Shown one piece after another: positions 49,320 to 62,791 of a DNA stretch of 64,000 nt (its first letter is position 1; every line of letters begins with the position of its first letter). The DNA is from Cetorhinus maximus (lineage: Eukaryota), in the NCBI RefSeq assembly GCF_964194155.1, contig NC_135891.1, positions 93,744,001-93,808,000 on the forward strand, written 5' to 3'. A program made the translations under genes and the position numbers. The notes under the pieces were generated by a model. That model saw only the letters and a list, made by a program, of their open reading frames with translations, was not told where the DNA came from and did not search any database.

Positions 49320-51650
49320 TAATCATAAAATCATAAGAAATAGGGGTCAGGAGTAGGTCATTCAGACTCTTGAGTCTGCTCCACCATTCAGTAAGATCAT
49401 GGCTGATCTGATTGTGGCCTTAACTCCACTTTTGTGCCACCTGCCCATAACTCTCGACTCCTTTGTAAATCAAAAACCTGCCTAACTCCTCCTTGAATGT
49501 ATTCAATGACCCACCCTCCACTTCTCCCTGGGGAAGAGAATTCCAAAGATTAATAACTTTCTTGAGAAGAAATTCCTCTTCATCTCTGTTCTAATGAGAG
49601 ACTCCGTATTTTTAAACTGTGCCCCCTAGTTCTAGATTCCCCCACGAGAGGAAACATCTCAGCATCTACAATCTTATATGTTTCAATAAGATCATCTTTC
49701 CATTCTTCTAAGCTCTAATGAGTATAAGGCCTAACCTGCTGAACTTTTTCTCCTCAGAAAATTCTTTCATCCCAGGAATCAGCTTAATGAACATTCTTTG
49801 AACTGCTAATACAAGTATATCCCTCCTTAAGTAAGAAGACCAAACTCTACACAGTTCTGTAGATGTGATCTCTCAAACTCCCTGTACAGTTGCAACAAGA
49901 CTTGCCTACTTTTATGCCCCACTCCCCTTGCAATAAAGACCAACATTCCATTTGCCTTCCAAAATTGCTCACTGTACCTGCACGCTGACTTTTTGAGATT
50001 CATGTACAAGGACACCCAGATCCCTCTGTACTGCAGCATTCTGCAGTGTCTCCTCTCACCATTTAAATAATCTGATTTTCTGATTTTCTATTCTTCCCAT
50101 CAAAGTGGACAACCTTGTATTTTCCCACATTATACTCATCTGCTAAACTTTTACCCACTCACTTAACGGACCTTTATCCCTTTGTAGATTCTTTGTGTCC
50201 TCCTCACAACTTGCTTTCCTACCGATCTTTGTATTGTCAGCAAATTTGGCTGCAATACACCTGGTCCCTTCGTCCAAATTGTTAATATAGATCTTAAATA
50301 TTGCTGAAAAAAGAGATTGGCAAGTGGTGTTGCCAAGCAAGTGCTTGGCAGTTAACTTTCAGAAACCATCAGTGGTGCATTCTCCAAGGCAATGTCGCTT
50401 ACCAACCAATCAGCACTCTCTTCACATACAGTATAAATTGTTTTCAGCCTTATATTTGTATTCTTGCAAGTGTCCTGATAAGTGCAAGGTGAAAAGCTTA
50501 GACGTGTCTCCTTTTATTTCAGCAATACTCAAGTTCTGTACTACCAAATGACAAGATCACAAATAGTTGAGGCCCCAGCCCTGATCCCTCTGGCACTCCC
50601 ATTAGTTACAGTTTACCAGCCTGAAAATGACCTATTTATCCTGGCTCTGTTTTCGGTTAGTTAGCCAATCTTTATCTATGCTAATTTCCATGAGCTCTTA
50701 TCTTGTGCTTTTATTTGACACCTATCTGAAAGCCTTTTGGAAATCCAAATACACTACATCTATGGTTCCCCTTTATCCACCCTGCTCGTAACATCCTCAA
50801 AGAACTCTAGTAAATTTGTCAAACACGATTTCCCTTTCACAAAACCATGCTGGCTCTGCCTGATTTGTAATATGATTTTCTAAATGTTTTGCCGCTACTT
50901 CCTTAGTTCTAGCATTTTCCCAATGACAGAAGTTAGGCTAATTTGCCTGTAGTCTCCTTCCATTTTTGGTTTTCCGATTTGCAGACCAGAATCTAGTGAA
51001 TTTTGGAAGATTGTAAACAATGCATCCACTATCTCTGCAGCCATTTCTTTTAAGACTCTTAAGGTGCAGGCCATCAGCTCTAGGGGACTTGTCAGCTTTT
51101 CATCCCATTAGTTTTCCTAGTACTTAGTGATAGTGATTGTTTTAAGTTCCTCCCTCCATCTTGCTGTGATTTTCTACTATTCTTTGGGATGTTTTTGGTG
51201 TCTTCTATTGTGAAGACAGATACAAAGACCCTGCCATTTCCTTGTTTCCCTTTATTAATTCCCCAGTCTCCTCCTCTCAGGGACAAATGCTTAGTTTAAT
51301 CTTTTCCTTTTTATATACACTTTTAGAAGCCTTTATTGTATTTTTTTATTTCTTGCTAGTTTCTCTGTCTCTTTTTATAGTCATCCTTTGCTGATTCTTT
51401 TGGCCTACTGCTAATCTTTGCAGCATTGTAAGCCTTTTTCATTTGATGCCATCCTTAACTTCCTTAGTTATCCTTCTCATAGACTCTTTCTTTCTCAATG
51501 GAATATATTTTTGAGAGTTACGAAATATCTTCTTAAATGTCTGCCACTGCTTCTTTACCATCTTACCTTTTAACCCATTTTTCCATTCTACTTTAGTCAT
51601 CTCTGTCGTCTTACCCTTGTAATTGCCTATATATATGTTTAAGACTGCAA
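49320..51650 (-). mobile_element. CR1 LINE, degenerate
   Basis: Minus ORFs IYINNLDEGTRCIAAKFADNTKIG and KANGMLVFIARG; CR1 3' tail at about 49330. Confidence 0.85.
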
Positions 51651-51969
51651 TCTTGCACACGATCAAGAACCCTGTGTGTGTTGATTAGATGGAATGCACC
51701 CTGTAGTTTTTTTTCCAGTTAGACTAACGACTTAGCCATATGATTTATTGTATCTGAAGGGGAGGTAAAACTTAATATCCAAAACCTGATGATTGTGGGT
51801 AACATTTGGAAATTTTGTGGTCCAAGCAGTCAGGGATGCCATTTTAATCTGTTTCTATTATCTGAGAGCTGTTCAAAGGGCTACAGTAACTAACTTCCTG
51901 TGGCGGTGAAACTCTACAGAATGTCAGACCTTGCTGTTATTATCTTATTTTTGTAACTTCTCTTTATAG

Positions 51970-52062
51970 GCCTCGTTGGCTCAGCCTATCATATTGTTGC
52001 ATTGCCACCTACAAATGCTGTTGAAGCATTGCTGAGAGCAACCAATGGCACCTTAACTATGG
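51970..52062 (+). CDS. NDUFA11: NDUFA11 exon 2
   Basis: tttatag| (G)LVGSAYHIVALPPTNAVEALLRATNGTLTM G|GTAAGG; 93 nt, phase 1-1. Confidence 0.9.
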
Positions 52063-52699
52063 GTAAGGACATATTTGTTTATGGTACAGCCCAGTCCAAT
52101 ATTATTTGCGAAGAAGCTTGCTTCATACAGTATCATTCTCAGGAGCTTTCATTATTTTACTTGTGTACTGTGTGTACTCTGGATGCTTGTGACCTTGGGG
52201 AATGTAGCTTTATTGGGCTGCATGCATCCTTAGGAGGCACTGCCTCTCTCTGGGGTGCTTGAATGCCAGGGTCATCATGGTCTGCAGTGGAGCAGTATGA
52301 TATCACAACAAAAAAGAAGTTAAACACAGGTGTTTACCTCGAGTATAAAAGTAGCAGTGAAGCTAAAGATAAACAGTTAAATATTAAGAAAGAGAAATGG
52401 GAGCATTATATTGAGTGCACTTCTTGAACATGGATGTGGCATATAAATCAGGACTCCTGATCACTTCAATAGTTTTGCTGACTTCCCTTGTGCCAACAGT
52501 GTTGCTGACATGTGATCAACATAATTGCAGCTTTAGGCAGTGAGGCAGCAGGAGAATTGCTGGTAAATGTTAAAGCAGATGTCAGGAGCCTTGCATCAGC
52601 AATGATATGGGAACAAAGTAGATAATGGCAACAGCCTTGAAGGAGTTGGGGAAAGTTTTTTTTTACTGGCCCTTGGAATACGGGGGGTAGGTCACTGAC

Positions 52700-53700
52700 A
52701 AACTCATTTATTGCCCATCCCCAATTGCCACCTTCTTGAACCACTCCAGTCCATGTGGTGTTGGTACAGGGAGGGAGTTCCAGGTTTTTGACCTAACAGT
52801 GTAAGAATGATGATAAAGCTCCAAGTTAGGATAGTGGGTGACTTGAAGGGAAACAGCAGGCTGGTGGGATTCCCATGCATCTGCCCCCCGTTGTCCTTCT
52901 GGGTGGTAGAGGTTGTGGATTTGGAAGGTGCTGTCGAAGAAGGCTTGATGAGTTGCTGCACTGCATCTTGTAGATAGTACATGCTGCTGCCACTATGTCG
53001 GTGGTGGAGGGAATGAACGTTTAAGGTAGTGCATAGGGCGCTGATCAAGCGTGTTGCTTTATTTTCGTTTCTTGAATTGTTAGAGCTGCACTTTCCAGGC
53101 AACAGGAGAGTATTCTATCACATTCTTGACTTGTGCCTTATAGATGGTGGACAGGCTTTGGGGGAAGTTAGGAGGTGTGCTACTCACTGAAGAATTACTG
53201 GCCTCCAACCTGCACTTGTAGCCACAGAATTTATATGGCTTGTCCATTAAGTTTCTGGACAGTTATCCTCCAGGTGTTGATAGTGAGGAATGTCTAGTGA
53301 AGGTGTTAAATTTTCTATTGTTGGAGATATTCATTGCCGAGCACTCATGGTATGAAATTTATTTATTTGTTCAAGAGATGTGGGTGTTGCTGGCTCGGGC
53401 CATCACTTATTCACCATTCCTAATTACCCTTGAGAAGGTGGTGGTGAACTGCTAAAGTTTCTGTGGCATAGATACACTCACAGTGCTGTTAGAAAGGGAG
53501 TTCCAGGAATTTGACCCAGTGACAGTGAAGGAACTTGCCACCTATCAGTCCAAGCCTGAATGTTGTCCAGGTCTTGTTGCCTGCAGACATGGACTATTTC
53601 AGTTTCTGAAGAGTTGTGAATGGTACTGACACTGCAATTATCAGCAAACATCCCCACTTCTGATGTTATGTTGGAGGGAAGGTCATTAATGAAGCGGTTC
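52700..53700 (-). mobile_element. CR1/L2-group LINE fragments (family of 17840)
   Basis: tttattgcccatccccaattgcc tail; minus ORF NVHSLHHR. Confidence 0.75.
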
Positions 53701-54009
53701 TGCTGCAGAGAGACCAGTGGTTGATGCCAATGTTTGGGTCTGAAGAGATAAAGTAGTATAATTAAGTGTTGGAACAGAAGGAGATTGAGGAGAAGATGGT
53801 TAGCTTAATGGAGGAAATGTGTGCTGAGGGCCAAGGAGGAAATGGAGAGACCGGATGCATTCAAGCTCTGAATCATTACCACAGGTGAAAGGGTGGACTT
53901 CATTAAGTGTATCAATTATTAAATAATATAGATATATTAAGTAGATCTAGATTATTCAAGTCTACCAAGAATGCAAGATTAAAGGACGTAGTTAGAATTT
54001 AAAAAAATT

Positions 54010-55310
54010 CTTTCACAGGATGTGGGCGTCGCTGGCTAGGCCAACATTTATTGCCCATCCCTAATTGCCCTCGAGAAGGTGGTGGTGAGCCCGTGTCTTG
54101 AACCACTGCAGTCCATGTGATGTAGGTACACCCACATGGCTGTTAGGAAGGGAGTTCCAGGATTTTGACCTAGCGAAAGTGAAGGAACAGTGGTATAGTT
54201 CCAGGTCAGGAAGGTGTGTGACTTGGAGGGGAACTTGCAGGTAGTGGTGCTCCGATGCATCTGCCACCCTTGTCCTTCTTGGTGGTAAAGGTTGTTGGTT
54301 TGGAAGATGCTGTCGAAGGAGCCTAGGTGAGTTGCTGCAGTGCATCTTGTAGATGGCACACACTGCTGCTATTGTGCGTCAGTGGTGGAAGGAGTGAATG
54401 TTTGTGGATGGGATGCCAATCAAGCGGACTGTTTTCTCCTTGATGGTGTCAAGCTTCTTGAGCTCCATTCATCCAGGCCAAGTGGCGAGTATTCCATCAC
54501 AATCTTGACTTGTGCCTTGTGGATGGTGGACAGGCTTTGGAGAGTCAGGAGGTGAGCCACTTGCCACAGAATTCCCAGCCTCTGACCTGCTTTTGTAGCT
54601 ACAGCCTTTATACAGCTGGTCCAGTTCTGTTTCTGGTCAATTGTAGCCCCCAGAATGTTGCTGGGGGGAATTAAGCAATGGCATTGTATGTCAAGGGGAA
54701 ATGGCTGGATTCTCTCTTGTTGGAGATAGTCATTGCCTGGCGTGGTGTGGTGCAAATGTAGCTTGCAACTTATCAGCCCAAGCCTGAATGTTGTCCAAGT
54801 TTAGCTGCATTTAAACATGGACTGCTTCAGTATCTGAGGAGCCACGAATGGTGCTGAGCATTGTGCTGTCATCAGTGAACATCCCCACTTCTGACCTTAT
54901 ATTGGAGGGAAGGTCACTGATGAAGTAGCTGAAAATGGTTGGGCCTAGGACACTACCCTGAGGAAGTCCTGCAGAGAGACCCTGCAACTGAGATGACTGA
55001 TCGCCAACAACCGCAACCATCTTCCTTTGTGCTAGGTATGACTGCAACCAGTGGCGAGCTTTCCCCTGATTCCCATTGACTCCAGTTTTGCTTGGTGTCA
55101 CACTCGGTCAAATGCTGCCTTGATGTCAAGGGCAGTCACTGTCACCTCACCTTTGGAGTTCAGCTCTTTTATCCATATTTGGGCCAAAACTGCAATTAGG
55201 TCAGGGCCTGAGTGAGCAGCTTATTTCTGAGTAAGTTCTGCTTGATAGCACTGTTGACAATTCCTTCCATCACTTTGCTGTTGACGATTCCTTCCATCGC
55301 TTTGCTGTTA
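54010..55310 (-). mobile_element. CR1/L2-group LINE 3' part
   Basis: Minus ORFs WLQSYLAQRKMVAVVG..GLPQGSVLGPTIFSYFISDLP..MFTDD and IYKMHCSNSPRLLRQHLPN. Confidence 0.88.
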
Positions 55311-55815
55311 AGTGTAAATTAAATTTAGAACAATTAGCATTAAACTTTTAAAGCCTGATGAATATTCTTATTGCTTATTAAGCAAAGTAATAAAGACACA
55401 AAAATTTGGATCATTTAAAATACTCGAGGATGCCATGATGGGAAGAAAGACTTTTGTTGCAAGCGATGAAATTTTTCTATGTTGCATAAGAACATAAAAT
55501 CCAGAAAGAGAAAAGACATTTCAGATAATCAAGCCTACTTTATCCAGAGTATGGTGATAACGGAATACTGTCTTACACTGCCTGTAGATCTACAACTTGA
55601 AGGGATGCTAATTTCTTTTGCTGACTTCCCCATAAATCTTATTGTGTTATATCTTCAATCTTCACAATAGATTGTAATCTGGCTAATTTTTACTGGTGCC
55701 ATTTGATCAAAAGCCTAGTGTAATTAGCAATTACTTCATGCTCTTTTTCTTGTTTATTTTGAGGGTTTTATGTTGAGAAATGTAACAAGACCATGTCCGT
55801 TTGCTTGCCTTTTAG

Positions 55816-55938
55816 CTGCTCTTGGTGCAATTTTTGGAGTGACCACTTGCCTATCTGCGCAAATCCGAGAAACAGAAAATGATCCATTGAATTATTTCAT
55901 TGGAGGTTGTGCTTCAGGAGTCTTTCTTGGAGTGAGAG
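55816..55938 (+). CDS. NDUFA11: NDUFA11 exon 3
   Basis: ttttag| AALGAIFGVTTCLSAQIRETENDPLNYFIGGCASGVFLGVR G|GTGAGT; 123 nt; DPLNYFIGGCA is an NDUFA11 hallmark. Confidence 0.95.
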
Positions 55939-56179
55939 GTGAGTGCTTGTTACAGCTGTCTGATAGTGCTTGACTTTTTCTGGAAATTTCTGATAAGGTT
56001 CTGAAAAGTGATGCAGTTAAAAGATAATATTTTTCTTTAAGGATTTTAAACATTGCAAAAAACTCATTAGCGTTAACTTCTGTATTTCTGTGGCTTTTTT
56101 TTGTGGGCAGAAGGTGGTAAAGGGAAAGAGTGCACAAACATAAGAGTGCACCAGCAAATAAGGCTAGAGTAGGGAAAAA

Positions 56180-58350
56180 TGGTGAAAAAACAAAATTAAA
56201 AGCTCTTTACAAATGCTACATGCATTCAGATAACAAGATCGATAGCACAAATGGAAGTAAATGAGCATGATATGATAGCCATTACAGAGACATGGCTGTA
56301 AAGTGACCACAGCTGGGACCTGATTATTCAAGGGTATTTGGCATTTTGGAAGGATAGTAAGAAAGGATAAGGAGGTGGGGTGCCTCTGTTAATAAAGAAT
56401 GGGATCGGTACAGCAGTAAGAACTGCATCACTGAAAATATCCAAGGCTGAGTTAGAAATATTTTTGATGTACAAAGGAGTCGAGGGTTTTGGGGGACAGG
56501 CAGGAAAGTGGAGATAAGGCCAGAATCGGCAGGAAAGTGGAGATAAGGCTAGAATCGGATCAATCATGATCTTACTGAATGGTGGGACAGGCTCGAGGAG
56601 CCGAGTGGCCTACTCCTATTCTAATGATCTTGTGATAATTATGTTTCTCTGGTTAAAGGACATTGAGCTTACTTTTCAGTTTTGTCACCTAGTTGCCGCT
56701 TCAGCACTCCAAGTTCTGCATTAAGTTAGGCAGATGGAAGGTGTTTCAGTGGAAGTACATTGTAGTGGAACAGATCATAATTCAGTTAGATTTAACATGG
56801 TTAAGGAAAAAGACAGAGAGACCAGGGCCAGGATTTTCCAGTCGTTTGGCAGGCGGGCACGGTCATGGAGCTGACCGCCACCCGTGATCGGCTCCGCGCT
56901 GCAATTTCACGTGGGCAGGCCAATTAAGGCCCGCCTTGTGTGGATCGTGAGTGGTAGTACTGAGCACTACCTGTGTGGGCGGGGGGGAGGAGAGAGAGTC
57001 TGGTCCAGCACCCTTTTGTGCATGCGCGCGAAAGAGTGCTTCAATCTCCCTGAGGCACAGAGCTGCTTCAGGGAGATTGGAGTGCTTTTTAAAACAATAG
57101 ATAAGGACATTTAATGAAACGTCCCCTCATGTGGCTGTGTCACATGAGATGGGACATGTTTTTTATTTTCAAAATAAAGTTTTTATTTCATCAGTATTAG
57201 CTTTAGGAAATCTCATCTCGCTTGTGGATGAGGTTTCCTAAAAAACATAAAGGCTGCTTGGCCTTCTCGCTTGCCCGCCAACCACGAGGTTGGATGGGCA
57301 GTGTAAAATTCAACTTAATTGCCTAATTAATGGCCTTAATAGGCCTTTCAATTATCGGCGGGCATGCAGCCGACTCCCCTGCTCCCGCCGAACGAAGAGC
57401 CGCGTGAGTTCGTGATGACATCGGAACACACGCCCGACGTCATCACCTGTCATTTTATGTTCCGGCGTGTCGGCCACGCGCCCGCACACCAAATGTAAAA
57501 TTCTGCCTGGGGAAAGGCTAATTTTACCAAGCTGAGGCGTGATTTAGGAAAAGTAAATTGGAAACAGCTAGTTGGAGGTAAATCTCTGTCTGAGCATTGG
57601 GAGACATTCAAGGATGAGATACTGAAGGTTCAGAATAAATATGTTTCCACAAATTGAAGGGGTGAGACTCTGAAATCTAGACCCATCTGAATGTCAAAGA
57701 GCAGAGTAGGTTAAGACAAAAATGGAAGGTTATATTGGATACCAAGAGCTAAATATTGCAAAAAGCCTGGCGGTGTGGAGTAAATGCAAGGGTGAAATTA
57801 GAAGGGAAATTAGGAAAGCAGAGAGGGCATGAAAAAATATTGGCAAGTAAAATCAGGGGAAACCCAAAGATGTTGTATAAAAACATAAAGTGCAAGAGGT
57901 TAACTAAGGAAAGAGGGCCTATTGGAGATCAAAAAGGTAACCTGTGCACGGATGCAGATGATGTGACCTGGTTCTTAATGAATTCTTTGTATCTTGTGTT
58001 CACTAAAGACATAGACATTGTAGTTAAGGATGAGGAGTGTGAAATATTGGATGGGATAAACATGGTGAGAGCAGAAATATTAAGGGGTCCAGTGTCTTCG
58101 AAAGTAGATAAATCACCAGGTCCAGGTGAAATGTAACCCATGCTATTAAGAAAAGCAAGGGAGGAAATAGCAGAAGCTACTGACCATCATTTTCCAATTC
58201 TCTATGGCTTCAGGCATGGTGCCCAACCATGTGCCAACACTGCACCATTATTTAAAAAAGGATAGACCAAATAGCTACAGGCCAATCAGGCTGATCTCAA
58301 CGATAGGCAAATTATTGGAAAAAATTCTGAGGGGCCATATAAATCATCAA
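56180..58350 (+). mobile_element. CR1 LINE fragments, interrupted by a MITE
   Basis: DMIAITETW-like EN remnant; ORF ASKIRGNPKMLYKNIK..KVDKSPGPGEM; YRPIRLIS. Confidence 0.75.
56826..57508. mobile_element. Non-autonomous Harbinger MITE, opposite orientation to 31538-32089
   Basis: TIRs GGCCAGGATTTTC / GTAAAATTCTGCCT; shared subterminal motifs (gggccttaattggcc, taaaatgac..gatgacgtcgggcg); TSD unclear. Confidence 0.8.
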
Positions 58351-59290
58351 TTACATTAAAACATGTTGACTCTGCCTAATCATATTGTGATTTTTCAATA
58401 GTTTTGTTACTATGTCCTTAATAGTAGGTTTTAACGTTTTCCCTACTACTGATGTCAGGCTGATTGCTCTACAATTTCCTGTTTCTGTCTTCCCCTGCCC
58501 CCTTCCCTTTTTTTTTGAGTGGCTGGATTATATTTGCTATCTTCCAATCCAATGGGATATCCAGAATTACACAGGATTCTAGAAAGATCAAAATCAATGC
58601 ACCCATTACCTCTGCAGCTACTTCTTTTAAAATCCTAGGGTGTAGGCCATCAGATCTAGGGGCTTTTCATCTCAATTTATTCAGTACTTCTCTTTACTAA
58701 TTAATTACTTTGAGCTTTTGAACTCTCATTAGACCCTTGGTTCTCCCCTATTTTCAGTGTCTACTAATGTAAAGACAGATGCAAAATATTGTTTTAACAT
58801 CACTACAATTTCTTTCTTTCCCCATTATAATTTCTCTCATTTTTGCCTCTAAGGCACCACATTTGCTATCACTAATCTCTTCCTTTTTACATACTTGTAA
58901 AAGCTCTTACAAATCTGTTTTTATAATTCTTGCTAGCTTACTCACATCCTATTTTCTCCCTCTTTATCGATTTCTTGGTCCTTCTTTGCTGACATATAAA
59001 ACATTCCCAATCCTTAAAGTCAGTGCTCACTTTACCAAGATTGTAAGCTGCTTCTCTTAATCTAGTACAATCCTTAACTTCTCTATTTAGCAATGCTTGT
59101 AATACTTTTTGTGAGAATTTACCCTAGGTGAAAGTACATTTGTTGGGAAATATGAATTCTTTCTTTAATTGTTTATCATTGTTTATCTATTGTCATATCT
59201 TTTTAATCCAATTTCCCAATCAACTCAGACAAGCATCCATCTGCCCCCCTCCCCCCCATAACTCCAAAATTGGCTTTGTTTAAATTTAAG
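58350..59290 (-). mobile_element. CR1 LINE fragment, degenerate
   Basis: Colinear with parts of 50850-51650. Confidence 0.65.
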
Positions 59291-60759
59291 ATCCTGGGCT
59301 TGGTCTTAAGGACAAGTGTTATTGTCAGGGGAGTATCTTACCTGGTGAGGAGTGGAAATATTGCCATTTCTTTGGCTTACCTTTTAAACAATACCAGAAA
59401 CATCTTCATGGATCTAGGTCTTGAATTAGACCAATAAAGTGCTTGTATCACTACTCCAAACAAAGAAATAGCAGCTAGCACATTCCTTGCTTTGTACTTG
59501 GGTCTTGCTAGTACCTCAACTGGTTGCAGTAGATCTAAGAAAGTTGTTTACAGTAGCTTGGTGTGACTGGTGTGATGACTATGTAAAAGGTGTGTGTAAG
59601 TGGTTCAATTTAGAAATAACCAGCAGGTGGTCTCAGCAAGTTTTTGGGAGCGACAGAGAAGGTTTCCTACTCTCTCTAATTCTGCGGTTATGGCACTTGT
59701 AGATTGCCTGGACTCCTTTGACAGAACAACAGTTGATTTCTTAATACCTTCTTCTTTGTCCTCCTTGGCCAAGAACCCTCTCTGAAGTTGTTTCTCAGAG
59801 TTCTTCCTGGGTTTCTGCACATAAAATGGCTGTTCTCAGACAGACTTTATGCAGTTCCTAAACTTAATGGCTACTGTGTTAATTTTAATGAAATATTTTT
59901 CCACCAGACACAGAAGTTAATTATGTTGCGGTCCTTTGAAGTCCCTTCCTGTCTCCTGTTCCCTCAGAAGGTTTTTTTAGAATTCAATAGACATCCCTGG
60001 AGGGGTCTTTGCATTTTTAATAACTCTTTGTAGAGAGATGAGCCTGACCAGGTTTGAATGAACGCCGGAAGGTGCCAAGTTGTCTGTCCGTACTTCTATT
60101 TTGAAAAATACTTTTAAACTCAATGTAAAGATTTGAAAACAGAAATGTGCCTTTAAAACAGTTGTTCCTAATTCTATTAACTTCCATTACAGAGTTTGAA
60201 GACAAACTATTAACCTAGTTAGGATGTTGGCTGAGTGGCAGGAGGCAGAGTAGGGACAACGGCTCAATGAAATAAATGGCCTAATCCTGTTCTTATGTTG
60301 GCAGAGGATTCTGGCCTCCATTTGTAACTCCACTAGCAAGTGCCCAATTTCAGTTTGAGGCAAGTGCCTTAGAAACTGGTCATTTAAAACCCAGATTCAT
60401 GATAGTAAGTATGATATTGTGTAAAGGAATGGCAAAGAATTGGCAATCTTTCTACCGCTTATTGTGCAAGTTGTCACCCCCTAACGGTAGTTTGCCTGTG
60501 AATATCGGGAGATCAGAGTCAGAGAAATGAACAGACTGGTAAGCAAGTGGCTTTTGTGAGATGTTGAGGAGGTCTTTGACTTTTCTCAGTCTGAGGAAGA
60601 GGAAGGTTATCTAATTGTTTTCTCTGCAGAATGGGCAAATTTCCTTGCCAATCTTTTAGAACACTACAAAGAACTGCAAATCTGGGGCTTGGGTATTTTT
60701 GCATTTCATCCTCCCAAAGAAGATAATTCATTAGTTAATTTGGCCAGCAAGTGGGATAG

Positions 60760-62500
60760 ATTGAGATGAGCATGAAGCTCTGTCAGGAAACATTTATGGA
60801 TAACATTATTCAGCCTAACAAACTATCAATATAATCTGCATCTGTATTCTAGTTCATAGTCAATGAAAATGATGAACAGCAGTAGTTCCAATGCAGAGCC
60901 TAATGGAGTCTCAATCCAATCCATTTCCATTAGCAACAGTTTACATAGTTTTAATCAGTTATTGACCCAGTGTAGTAACTCCATAATCCAATGAAATCTA
61001 CTGTTTCTTTTATCGATTAGCTGTCTGATGGTGCTTAATCATAGACCTTTTGAGAATCAAGGTCAATATATAAATTATACTTCATTCAACATTCTCATCA
61101 CTTCTTTAAATAATTCAATGTTAACTTGCATCCTGCTTCATTAATTTATCGAACCATATTGGGAATTTCTAATGGTGACTAAATGCTCTGTGATTGTACA
61201 TCACATCTATTGCTTTCCAACAGCTTTCATGCTGGTACACCTATAATTTATAGCATCCGTCCATGGGTATCGATGAGTTGTTGAATATTGGTCAGCTCCA
61301 TTCATTTAAATGCACAAATATTATCCAAAAACCATTTTCGGGTAGCTTGTGATGAGACAATTTTAGACCCACACCTATTCTGTTGTACTGAGACAGTGGT
61401 ATCATCCTCAGCAATGAAAGCCATTGTAAGGTCTTTGGTCATATTTTTATCTTTGTCCCAATACACCACTCACTTGACTTTTAATTGCAATGGACTAGTT
61501 TTCTGCCTGACTTCTCCACTTGGATCTTTTATTTTTCCACATCTTTTCAGTATTGTCAATGTTGCATTAAAAAATTCTGAAAAATTTTAAATCAATGAAG
61601 CAATGGTCTGTAATGAGATCTTTGAAACCAAAAAAAACCTTTTCTGCCTCTTCAGTAATTGGCATAGATTTTTCTGTTTGAATTCAACTAATTCTTAAGT
61701 GTACATGTGCCAGTGAGTATAAGCCTGTATGGTAGTTACTCTGATTTCACTTGGTCTAAACATATGATAGAATTAAACAATATTACTGTTGGGTATTAAG
61801 TGATCTCTATATAAAGTCAATATGATCAATCACTAGAGTTCTGTTTGAATTGTGACCCCCTGCTCAATTTTGGTAAGCAGATCTCCTGTCAAACTGACTA
61901 ATCCCGATAGGACATTAGCTGAATTATTAGAATGATTGGGGATGTGGTGGGCTGTTTGACAAATTTGGGGTTATTCAGGATGGATACTGGCCTCAGAATT
62001 GTACCCTTTTAATTTTGTGCCTATTTTGAGGTTCTTGAACTGTATCATGTACAGTAGCCAGCAGTGGAACAAACTTTCTAGTAATAATCAGAAAGAGTGG
62101 TGAACAAATGTGTATTCCAGGGGTTCCCTGCAGTGACAGATGTGGAATTGGGAAATTTCCAATTGTGACAATCCTCAGGTTTATTTAAGAAGAAGTATGA
62201 GTTTGAAGAGTATCTGAATTAACAGTTTATCCCACCCTCTTTTCTTCCAGTTGGATTTGAGAGCCATTTCTCTTGAGTTAAACTGGAGGGCTCACAATTG
62301 AAGGACACTGATTAATGTTCAGTGGCTGACTGGTTGTTGACTGCTGTTCTTAATGTTGTCCACTAGATAGCACCAGATAGATGGTTTTGTGAACATTTAT
62401 TTCCCATGATTTGTGATTTAACAAGTAACATTTGAAACTCTGCATGCTGATTTCTATGTCCCAGCTTGCTTTTGAAAAGCTTCCAGTATGCTTTAGTGTA
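60760..62500 (-). mobile_element. Very old LINE (RT) remnant
   Basis: Minus strand near 60850-60910 gives a PLGSALELLLFIIFID-like RT motif; boundaries approximate. Confidence 0.4.
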
Positions 62501-62699
62501 ATGGTTTCTCATAGTATGAGCTCTGAGCATTTGTGATGTGGATACTACAAGGTTTCACATATGTTGCTCTCTGTATTGTGTGTCCAGTTAATGTTTTTGA
62601 GTATGTGGTGATCTCTCCTGAGCAGGTGCTGAATATTTCAAGCTCTGCATTGGTGTACTATTTGTTTCAAAAATGCGAGAAAGGACTTAACAATTTTAA

Positions 62700-62791
62700 A
62701 ATCAGAAAAATGCTGGCAATTCAGATCTGGCAGCATTTGTGTAGATAGAAATAGAGTTAATGTTTCAGGTTGATTGCCTTGCATCAGAACT
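62700..62791 (-). mobile_element. Old Penelope terminal-repeat fragment with a degenerate HHR
   Basis: Minus strand AGTT-CTGATGC-A-AGG-CAATCAA-CCT-GAAAC-AT-T-AACT followed by atgctgccagatctgaattgccagcattttt. Confidence 0.6.

Noticed and set aside
59330-60210. U1-like cttacctgg start and possible antisense exons in NDUFA11 intron 3
   Set aside because: Similarity to U1 stops after about 9 nt; the minus-strand ORFs have no recognisable homology or consistent frame.
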